Source of the DNA: Candidatus Omnitrophota bacterium
GTDB taxonomy: Bacteria > Omnitrophota > Gorgyraeia > Zapsychrales > Zapsychraceae
Assembly: GCA_035292445.1 (NCBI GenBank)
Contig: DATDQB010000020.1
Span: forward strand, 91,484-155,483
DNA: 64,000 nt
Direction of reading: 5' to 3'
This document shows positions 9,448 through 17,318 of the stretch, piece after piece. The translations under genes and the position numbers were made by a program. Position 1 is the stretch's first letter; each line of letters begins with the position of its first letter. The notes under the pieces were generated by a model. It did not search any database. It was not told the origin of the DNA and was given only the letters and a program-made list of their open reading frames with translations.

Positions 9448-10255
9448 GTAAACTTTCTATATCCTCATCTGAGATCTTGCTCTTATGGTGCCACTGCATA
9501 TTATGTTCGGCAATTCCGACGCCTTTTCCCTTAACGGTATGGCAAACAATGGCTGTGGGCTTGCCCGCTTCATAAGGCACATCTTTGAGGGCTTTCTTTA
9601 ATTGCGCCACGTTATGCCCGTCTACCTCACGAACACTAAATCCGAACGCTTTCCACTTATCGGCAAAAGGTTCCATATCCAGCACTTCAAACGTTGAGCC
9701 GTAAGACTGATGCTTGTTATAATCGACAATCACCGTCAAATTATCCAGCTTATGCTTTGCCGCACAAAGGGCCGCTTCCCAAACAGAACCTTCATTACAC
9801 TCCCCATCACCGACCACAACAAAGACACGATGATCGGCTTTCTCGAACTTGGCATTGATGGCCATGCCGACACCAATGGATAATCCATGCCCCAGGCTTC
9901 CCGTTGAGGCCTCCACCCCGGGCACTTTATGTTCCGGGTGCCCGCCCAAAATACCGTCGGACTTGCAAAACTTCCAAAGCTCTTCCTCGGCAATAAAACC
10001 TTTTTCCGCCAACAGGACATATAAAGCGATGCAGCCATGCCCTTTGCTTAAGATACACCGGTCCCTTTCCGGCCATTTCGGGTTTTTGGCATCATATTTT
10101 AAGATATCGTCATAAAGGACGCGCAAGATCTCAACGAGGGAAAATGATGCCCCCACATGCCCGCGCCGCCCGGCCTGCAATGTTTTGATGATCATCTCGC
10201 GCAGATGCTTTGAACGATCATCCAGCCCGATCTTACTGTCTTTGAAATCATTCAT
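9416..10255 (-). CDS. transketolase, N-terminal thiamine-diphosphate-binding section of a split transketolase
   Basis: GDGECNEGSVWEA ThDP-binding motif. 279 aa. Confidence 0.85.
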   Translation of the reverse strand: MNDFKDSKIGLDDRSKHLREMIIKTLQAGRRGHVGASFSLVEILRVLYDDILKYDAKNPKWPERDRCILSKGHGCIALYVLLAEKGFIAEEELWKFCKSDGILGGHPEHKVPGVEASTGSLGHGLSIGVGMAINAKFEKADHRVFVVVGDGECNEGSVWEAALCAAKHKLDNLTVIVDYNKHQSYGSTFEVLDMEPFADKWKAFGFSVREVDGHNVAQLKKALKDVPYEAGKPTAIVCHTVKGKGVGIAEHNMQWHHKSKISDEDIESLLEGLKEYAHA

Positions 10256-12058
10256 TTACGCCACCTTGACTTTGTTGAGCATATTCTTGGCTTTTTGCAA
10301 TTGCATGGCCAATACATCAAGCTTGTTAAGCTCATAAGCATTAGAAAAATGCCGGCGCTGCCACTCGCCCACAACAAATTCGTTAAGGAAGATCAAGCAC
10401 CACTTTAAGGCGAATAACGGATATAACGCATCGGCCCTCTCTTGCTGTTTCTTATCAAATTGAAAGGCCTTGGCAAACTCATCTCTAAAAGCCCGCTTTA
10501 GATCATCCTTGAGTTCCATCGCGGGATGAAGCTGAAAATCGGCGATGGTCTTGGCCGGATCATCCCAGCCGAAGTATTCAAAGTCCAAGAATATGATCCC
10601 CTTATCAGGCGTGCGCAAGGCATTATGAAAACCGAAATCCGAAGGGCTTAGCGTTCTTTCTTTATCCAGAAGAACGTTTTCCAATTTGCCCTCTAATCTT
10701 TTCGCAATGCCATCTAACAGCGGCCCAAACTCATTTTTCAAGAACTGCTGGCAATCCTTATAGATCTTTTCTTTCTCATCCGCATCATATAAACGCCCCA
10801 GCCTCATCCGAATATTGGCGATGATATCCTTGGCCGAGAAAAACGCCTCCGATGCCGGGGCGAAATGCCGGCTTTCATCTGCTGCCGTCAAATCCTTCAG
10901 CCGTTTCAAGAAACCGACGGCGAATTTGATATCTTTGGCCGCGATCGTTTCCGGATGAAACGCTTCTCCTTCGATATATTCATAAAGAGCAAACCCTTCT
11001 TTTTCATTCTTAGACAGCGGTTGCGGCACACAACCGATCCCGTTCTTCCTCAAAAAGTTCAAACCTTTATATTCGGTATTTAACCGGTCCCGCTGATCCT
11101 GAGGGTGCCGGAAATAAAACTTGGCGATATACTTTTCCTTTGCGCCTTTAAGGAAGAATACCTGGCTGTTGGCCCCGCCTTTGATCTCTGATACCTCTTG
11201 GATATCATCCGTCAATAGAGCTTGCGCCAGTTCTTTTACCTGCTTTGTGTCACGATGCCGTTCTAGCAGTGGAGCCCTATGGACAAAGCCTGTGGTAGCA
11301 TTTTGTTCTACCCTGCTTCGCTCCAATGTTTCCACGTTGGAGCTTCGCAGGGTTATCCGCCGCGAAAACATTTCGGGCTTTGCCCCTTGGCGAACATCCG
11401 CCGAAGCCCCGACAAGTTCGGGGCGAAGGCGGATAAAGATGTATTCATTGATCTCTCTCCATGAGCCCAAGACCTTGACATCAGCTAAATTCATTCCCTT
11501 GTCCAACGGTGAAAAAAGGACCTTTCGAACGCTTTTGGGAAAAGACGGTTCCATGAACGTCTCCTCCAGATCATCTACAAAATAACTGCACCCTAACGCC
11601 CGGATGCGCTCGATTTTTTCCTGCCTTGTCGATTCGAAATAAACCTGGGATGGATCTAAACCCAACCCGTTCTTCTCAAAGAAACGATTTTCCTTCATCC
11701 AAGCTAAAGCTGTCTTTTGAAGATCAATACCATCTTTATCCATCGAAGCAAATCGGGTCTTATGGCTGATGATGGCGAGCTTAATACCTTGCCTTTGACA
11801 TTGACCGAAAAACTCTGCCACGCCGTCCATCAGCTGGGCCTGTTCCATTCCCCTGCCATAAATATAGGCCTGTAACTTCTGCCACTTCGCCTCGCCATCT
11901 GGCAGTTGGCGTACCGCATCGCGTATCGCTTTTTTGTTTTGCCCCATCTTTTTGGGAATATACCCGTTGCCAAGGGCCGTGCTGTATAAAACCCTGTCAT
12001 AGCTGACGATCGTGTTATCGAAATCGACGCCAAGGATCATATGTTTACGATACTCCAC
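10256..12058 (-). CDS. bifunctional HAD-superfamily phosphatase (N-terminal) and APH/choline-kinase-like kinase (C-terminal)
   Basis: The N-terminus carries the HAD motif I GVDFDNTIV, later KLAIISHKT and YFVDDLEE. The C-terminus carries the kinase motifs DFGFHNAL and FLDFEYFGWDDP. The two domains are joined by a low-complexity linker (aa ~208-251) encoded by a short repeat. Confidence 0.65.
   Translation of the reverse strand: MEYRKHMILGVDFDNTIVSYDRVLYSTALGNGYIPKKMGQNKKAIRDAVRQLPDGEAKWQKLQAYIYGRGMEQAQLMDGVAEFFGQCQRQGIKLAIISHKTRFASMDKDGIDLQKTALAWMKENRFFEKNGLGLDPSQVYFESTRQEKIERIRALGCSYFVDDLEETFMEPSFPKSVRKVLFSPLDKGMNLADVKVLGSWREINEYIFIRLRPELVGASADVRQGAKPEMFSRRITLRSSNVETLERSRVEQNATTGFVHRAPLLERHRDTKQVKELAQALLTDDIQEVSEIKGGANSQVFFLKGAKEKYIAKFYFRHPQDQRDRLNTEYKGLNFLRKNGIGCVPQPLSKNEKEGFALYEYIEGEAFHPETIAAKDIKFAVGFLKRLKDLTAADESRHFAPASEAFFSAKDIIANIRMRLGRLYDADEKEKIYKDCQQFLKNEFGPLLDGIAKRLEGKLENVLLDKERTLSPSDFGFHNALRTPDKGIIFLDFEYFGWDDPAKTIADFQLHPAMELKDDLKRAFRDEFAKAFQFDKKQQERADALYPLFALKWCLIFLNEFVVGEWQRRHFSNAYELNKLDVLAMQLQKAKNMLNKVKVA
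11307..11435. repeat. repeat family 1, copy A (about 129 nt, inside a CDS, in frame)
   Basis: The core TACCCTGCTTCGCTCCAATGTTTCCACGTTGGAGCTTCGCAGGGTTATCCGC ... ATCCGCCGAAGC ... GCGAAGGCGGA is shared with 19334-19453. It contains the hairpin CCCTGC...GCAGGG. Confidence 0.6.
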
Positions 12059-13070
12059 TGATCAACGGTTGCGTTTTCAACATTTTGATATTGTAATAAC
12101 GGATATTGTTCAACGGGTCTTCAAATTTATTGGCCTGAAAGGCTTTGATCAGATCGCGTACCGCGTCTTCGATCGTGTGCCTTGGGACAAAGTTCAATTC
12201 CCTCTTGATCTTTTCGGAGGAGATCCGGTACGAGCGGATATCATCCGAAGGTGTTGTCTCAATGGCGATCTTTTTCTCGGGGCACTTCTCTTCAACTATC
12301 CTTTTAACGATATCGGCAATATCGGATATGGATCTGTTCTGATAACCGACGTTATAGGCTTGGCCGGCGATCCTTTCCTTCGGCATATCCAAGAGCATCA
12401 CATACAGATCCGTTATATCCTCGATATGGATATTGGGCCGCTCCTGCTTGCCGCCGAAGACCATGATCTTATTATTGTTATAGGCATAGTTCGTTAAAAT
12501 GTTGACGGATAGATCAAAACGCTGCCGGGGGGAAAACCCACAAACCGTGGCCGGGCGGATGATGCAGGTCGTAAAATCGCCAGCCTGGTACTTTAAAAGG
12601 ATCGGCTCACAAAGCCCCTTATACTTGTTGTAGTCGGTAATAGGAAGAAAGGGATGGTCTTCGGTAACTTCCGGCGCATCGCTGATCCCATACACGCTGC
12701 AGGTCGAAGCGTAAATAAAGCGTTTAACGCCGCTGTCACGGCTGATCTGAACCAGGGGCTCGAAACACTCATAATTCACCTTCCTGCTTAGAGCGGGGTC
12801 CAGATCAAAGGTCGGATCATTGGAAATGCAGGCCAAGTGAATAACAACGTCACAGCCTGCCAAGGCCTTTTTAAGGAGCGACTTATCACAAATATCGCCT
12901 TTGATCTCTTCAAGGTTGGATTTATCCTCGATCTCATCAAAGACATCCTCACCGTAGGTATATAGATCAATTACCTTTACGCGATAGCCTTTCTTGAGGA
13001 GCTTCGGGACCAAAACAGCACCGACATAACCGGCCCCACCCGTGACAAGAATAGTCCTGAAATTACTCAT
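12045..13070 (-). CDS. NAD-dependent epimerase/dehydratase (extended SDR; candidate NDP-heptose 4,6-dehydratase or reductase)
   Basis: GGAGYVG Rossmann motif and a YNKYK catalytic pair. 341 aa. Confidence 0.75.
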   Translation of the reverse strand: MSNFRTILVTGGAGYVGAVLVPKLLKKGYRVKVIDLYTYGEDVFDEIEDKSNLEEIKGDICDKSLLKKALAGCDVVIHLACISNDPTFDLDPALSRKVNYECFEPLVQISRDSGVKRFIYASTCSVYGISDAPEVTEDHPFLPITDYNKYKGLCEPILLKYQAGDFTTCIIRPATVCGFSPRQRFDLSVNILTNYAYNNNKIMVFGGKQERPNIHIEDITDLYVMLLDMPKERIAGQAYNVGYQNRSISDIADIVKRIVEEKCPEKKIAIETTPSDDIRSYRISSEKIKRELNFVPRHTIEDAVRDLIKAFQANKFEDPLNNIRYYNIKMLKTQPLISGVS

Positions 13071-13668
13071 GGATAACGGCCCTTTCTTTTAACTCAAGTT
13101 TTATGCTGTGGATCACATCGATCAATGAGTGGATAAGAAAATGGTGAAGGCATTCCACATGTCCGTAATGCGATGTGGGCACATAAAAGTTGATGTCCCC
13201 TTTACTTCTTAATGAATTATCCGTCTTAAATCCGGAGAAAGTTATGACGCGAAGTCCTTTTTCTTTGGCGGCTTGGACGCCTCGAAGGATATTCTCGGAC
13301 TGGCCGGAGCTGCTGACCGCGCAAAGGATATCATTGGATTCGGCGAACATCTCGATAGGCTTGGCGAAGACATTTTCGTAGCCTTCATCATTGCTGATGC
13401 AGGTCAGGAGGCTGCTGTCGTTAAAGGCGAGCGCTTTGATGCCGGCGTTCTTCCAGAAATCCGTTGCCATATGGCTGGCGATGGCGGCACTGCCCCCATT
13501 GCCGATAAAAAGGAGCTTCCCCTCGGCGTTACTTTGTTCCATGATCATATTGATGGCCTTCTCGAGGGCTTCCTCAACGAGAACGGATGATCCCTCGGTG
13601 GTGGTGGCCTGGATCTTATGAAACAGCTCCTGCACTTTCTGGCGGTTCTGTTTGATTTTATCGATCAT
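13063..13668 (-). CDS. gmhA: sedoheptulose-7-phosphate isomerase (SIS domain)
   Basis: LLFIGNGGSAAIASHMATDF matches the GmhA SIS signature. 201 aa. Confidence 0.8.
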   Translation of the reverse strand: MIDKIKQNRQKVQELFHKIQATTTEGSSVLVEEALEKAINMIMEQSNAEGKLLFIGNGGSAAIASHMATDFWKNAGIKALAFNDSSLLTCISNDEGYENVFAKPIEMFAESNDILCAVSSSGQSENILRGVQAAKEKGLRVITFSGFKTDNSLRSKGDINFYVPTSHYGHVECLHHFLIHSLIDVIHSIKLELKERAVIHE

Positions 13669-15197
13669 TTTAGTAACCTCGTTATGAATTTGATTAGGTC
13701 AACGGAATCTACGGAATCGCGGTTGCAGACGATCTGGCACGCCAACGAACCGACCGCATTGCCGATAAACGAAACCACTTCCTGAGGTAAACCGGCCGCA
13801 AAACACGGCGCGATAAAAGCGAAAAAGGCGTCCCCCGCGCCTATGGGATCGATGACCTTATCGGAGAATGCCGGCGTTTCATGGAACCCATGGGCCTTGG
13901 AATAGCAAATGGAGCCTGCAGGCCCCCGCGTGGCAATGATGTGCTCACACCCGATCTGTTCGTATATCTTTTTAGAAAGATCGCGCACATCGCCGAATCT
14001 GTCATGGGCGGCGTAACGCAGCTCCATTTCATCGATACAGACACAATTGGCATGCCGGTATTTGGTCACCAAATTAAATCCCGCATTGGCGCTGTTAGTC
14101 TGGACGTTGAGGGCCAGGTATTTGGACTTTTCGCAAAGGATCTGGCGTATCCTTTCCGTTAAGAATCCGTGCCCGAAATCAGATACGACAACCAGATCAT
14201 ATTTATCGATCACTTTAGTTAACTGTTTTATGATCCTTGTTTCCTCTCTTTTGGGTATATCCGTGTCATTCATATAGCAGATCTGGAATTGCTTACGTAA
14301 GGTTTCATTGCTCACAAAACGCCTTTTGACCGTCGTGCCAGTATCATTGCGATAATAAAATAAGGGGTTTATTTTTTTGCTTAACTTACTTTCGATAAAA
14401 TCTTGGTAGGTATTCTCAGCGCCTAAGACCGTTATTAGATCCACGTTCTCGCAAACGCTGGCCACATTATTGGCCGTCGCCAATGCCCCTCCCGCGAAGA
14501 TCTCCTCCGACTTGTATTTATTGACGATCACTTCCGCTTTAGAAGAGCGGCCCATTGGAGTGCAATAATGATATTCGTCAATGATGGCATCGCCGATGAC
14601 CAGGACTTTAAGCTTATTAAGCCCTTTAATTGCGTTGACGATATAATCAATTGTGTAGCGTTTTGAAATAGCTTTCAAATATTTCACGGTGCGCGGGGGG
14701 AAGGTATCTAATTGGCTATTGATAATGCTGGAAGAGCTGAAGGTAATATCATCTGTAAAGGCGAGGCGGCCTCCAATGGATTTGACCGCCTCCTCTTCTT
14801 CGTAGATCATTCCCGTGACATCTTTTTCTTTCTGTTTATACTCGCTTCCCTTAACATAAACATCGGGTTTTAATGCTTTGATGAAATCCGTTGCCGTCGG
14901 GGCATCGATAATACAGACATAATCCGTTATTTGAAGGGATGCGAGGGTCTCGGCCCTTAAATTCTCATTGAAGAAAGGCCTGCCGGGCCCTCTTTTGACA
15001 TGCTGGTCGCTTGTCGTGCTGACAACCAGGATATCCCCTTCTTTTTTGGCCAGATTAAAATGACGGATGTGGCCCAAATGGACGATGTCAAAGACGCCGT
15101 GGCACAGGACGACTTCCTTGCCCTTGCCTTTTAGACCGGCAACGATCTTAGATAATTCGTCAATTGACTTAATCTTATCCAATGTTGTATCGATCAT
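13665..15197 (-). CDS. bifunctional heptose-1-phosphate nucleotidyltransferase (N-terminal) and heptose-7-phosphate PfkB kinase (C-terminal); HldE-like with swapped domain order
   Basis: N-terminal cytidylyltransferase-fold motif CHGVFDIVHLGHIRH (HxGH). The kinase domain begins at KVLVIGDAIIDEYHYC and ends with the PfkB signature DPIGAGDAFFA. Confidence 0.75.
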   Translation of the reverse strand: MIDTTLDKIKSIDELSKIVAGLKGKGKEVVLCHGVFDIVHLGHIRHFNLAKKEGDILVVSTTSDQHVKRGPGRPFFNENLRAETLASLQITDYVCIIDAPTATDFIKALKPDVYVKGSEYKQKEKDVTGMIYEEEEAVKSIGGRLAFTDDITFSSSSIINSQLDTFPPRTVKYLKAISKRYTIDYIVNAIKGLNKLKVLVIGDAIIDEYHYCTPMGRSSKAEVIVNKYKSEEIFAGGALATANNVASVCENVDLITVLGAENTYQDFIESKLSKKINPLFYYRNDTGTTVKRRFVSNETLRKQFQICYMNDTDIPKREETRIIKQLTKVIDKYDLVVVSDFGHGFLTERIRQILCEKSKYLALNVQTNSANAGFNLVTKYRHANCVCIDEMELRYAAHDRFGDVRDLSKKIYEQIGCEHIIATRGPAGSICYSKAHGFHETPAFSDKVIDPIGAGDAFFAFIAPCFAAGLPQEVVSFIGNAVGSLACQIVCNRDSVDSVDLIKFITRLLK

Positions 15198-15200
15198 GGA

Positions 15201-16190
15201 TCAACCCCTTACAAGATATTTAAACCAATCCTCTGTGGCTTTTTCGATGGATTCCGGCGTCCAAACAGGCGCGCTGCGCCAATAATCGATGTTTTCCAAA
15301 ATTTTGCGGACCCCTTCTTCAAAAGATACCTTCGGCCGCCATCCGAGACGATCGCAGATCTTTTTATTGTCGGCCCAGGTACAATCCGGCTCACCCGGAC
15401 GTTTTGGGATGTAAATTTTCTCCCCTCCCAACAAGCTGACAAGTTTATTGACGCTCTGCGGATTACCCGTGCCCACATTGAATACTTCGTTCTCAATATT
15501 TGAGTTAGCGGCCTTGACAAACGCCTCTGCTACGTCCGTTACATATATAAAATCCCGTGTTTGTTCGCCGTCACCGACAACGGTAAACGGCCTCCCATTA
15601 AGTTTTTGGGCCAAAAAGACCCCGAAAACAGCCCCATAAGTTCCTGACGTTCTTGAACGCGTCCCGTAGACATTGAATAACCGCAACGATATGACCGGCA
15701 TCTTATAGATCTGCCCCCAATGCAAAGCAGTCTCCTCCCCCAGATATTTTGTAAGGGCATATGGATATTGAGGATTGATCGGCGCTGTTTCGGCGGTAGG
15801 ATAGAAATCCTGCGGCGGGATGCCATAACAGGAAGAAGACGCGGTATAGATGAACCGCTTGATATGGTGCCGGCGTGAGGCCTCCAGTACATTCATGGCC
15901 CCTAATACGTTAGAGGTGTAATATTCCCTTGGGTTAACGATGGAAGGCACAATATCCGCCAATGCGGCCAAATGGAACACCTGATCTTTCCCCTTAAAGG
16001 CCGGTTCGATGGCCGTGTAATCCCTGATATCAGCTTCGATAAAAGTGATCCGTTCTTTGCAGTGCTCGAGATTGCTTGATCTGCCTGTCGAACAGTTATC
16101 GATGACCGTCACTTTATGGCCATCGGCCAATAAGCGGTCAACCAGATGACTGCCGATGAATCCCGCTCCTCCTGTTACGACAACGTTCAT
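15201..16190 (-). CDS. NAD-dependent epimerase/dehydratase (UDP-sugar epimerase/decarboxylase-like extended SDR)
   Basis: VVVTGGAGFIGSH motif and a YALTKY catalytic pair. 329 aa. Confidence 0.8.
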   Translation of the reverse strand: MNVVVTGGAGFIGSHLVDRLLADGHKVTVIDNCSTGRSSNLEHCKERITFIEADIRDYTAIEPAFKGKDQVFHLAALADIVPSIVNPREYYTSNVLGAMNVLEASRRHHIKRFIYTASSSCYGIPPQDFYPTAETAPINPQYPYALTKYLGEETALHWGQIYKMPVISLRLFNVYGTRSRTSGTYGAVFGVFLAQKLNGRPFTVVGDGEQTRDFIYVTDVAEAFVKAANSNIENEVFNVGTGNPQSVNKLVSLLGGEKIYIPKRPGEPDCTWADNKKICDRLGWRPKVSFEEGVRKILENIDYWRSAPVWTPESIEKATEDWFKYLVRG

Positions 16191-16735
16191 GCTTTCGCCC
16201 CAATAAAAGTGTGGTTTCTGGAAATTTCGGTAATGAGGTCCACGAACCTGTTGCCGTTCAACTGATCCAGACCGACATTTTCTTTGCCAATGAGAAGAAC
16301 GCCGTTGATACCTTCCGAAGGCAAAGTATTTAAGACACTGATGTGGCCATCGGGAAGTTTCAATTCATGGAACGCCTTTTCAATAAGAATGGTCAGATCG
16401 CTCTCGCTGTACACATAAAACTCCCGAATGCCTTCTTTATAAAGGTTCAGAATGACTTCCTTCACATTGTCTTTGATCATGCCGATATGGTTGATCGTGT
16501 TGATCGTATACTTGACTGATTTGCGCATCTTTTCGGAAAAGCCTTGGGGGGTGAGGAGGTATTGGACCTTGCGCTTGTTGAGCTGTATGATGCGGATATA
16601 ACCTTTGGTAATGAGCCGGCGGATCAGCATGTTGACCATCCCTAAGGACAGATCCATTTTTTGGGATAGATCGCGCTGATTGGAATCCAGCTCTTTACCT
16701 AGAATATTTAGTAACTCAAATTCGCGTTCATCCAT
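16187..16735 (-). CDS. winged-helix (MarR/TrmB-like) transcriptional regulator, first gene of the sugar operon
   Basis: N-terminal HTH NQRDLSQKMDLSLGMVNMLIRRLITKGYI. 182 aa. Its start overlaps the downstream SDR gene. Confidence 0.5.
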   Translation of the reverse strand: MDEREFELLNILGKELDSNQRDLSQKMDLSLGMVNMLIRRLITKGYIRIIQLNKRKVQYLLTPQGFSEKMRKSVKYTINTINHIGMIKDNVKEVILNLYKEGIREFYVYSESDLTILIEKAFHELKLPDGHISVLNTLPSEGINGVLLIGKENVGLDQLNGNRFVDLITEISRNHTFIGAKA

Positions 16736-16937
16736 ATTAGCTGCTTATTGGTGATGTAACTCGTTGATATCAATGATTTTTTCGATTAGCATAAATTAGG
16801 CGGAAGATTGTTCAATCTATGAACGTTCATATTCTGAACATATTATAAGCCCATATTCCGGTCAGTCAAGCACAAATTATAGTAACGGGATCACAAAATT
16901 GGGGAGGGTTTTGATTCGACGAGAAGCCGGTGCCAAC

Positions 16938-17306
16938 TCATTCCTGAATATATGGATAATCCTTTGATCTAAGGACCTCTTCCGCCTTTTTTAATTCCTT
17001 GCCGAAATAAGCGATATGCTCCTTACTGGTAAGCCATGGCCGGCCTTGCTGCTTTTCGACCTTAAAAAGGTGATGATAGACCTGCTGACAGCTCTTCCCG
17101 CGGAAGATCTTGATGATCTTATGCATTTTAGTACAAACGGCCACTTCGATAACGCCTTTTTCCCGGTCCACTTTTATTAACAAGTAATGGCCCGAGGGCT
17201 CCATGCGAAAGTCCTTATATTCATCATAAGCGGGACACTCGATGGTTTCGCAGCCCTCATCCATCGATTGTTCTTTCCATTTAAACTTCGGTTCCTTTTT
17301 GTTCAT
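16938..17306 (-). CDS. small hypothetical protein co-transcribed downstream of the BtuB-like receptor
   Basis: 122-aa ORF. The start of the receptor gene overlaps it slightly. No recognisable catalytic motif. Confidence 0.4.
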   Translation of the reverse strand: MNKKEPKFKWKEQSMDEGCETIECPAYDEYKDFRMEPSGHYLLIKVDREKGVIEVAVCTKMHKIIKIFRGKSCQQVYHHLFKVEKQQGRPWLTSKEHIAYFGKELKKAEEVLRSKDYPYIQE

Positions 17307-17318
17307 GTATTTTCCCCT

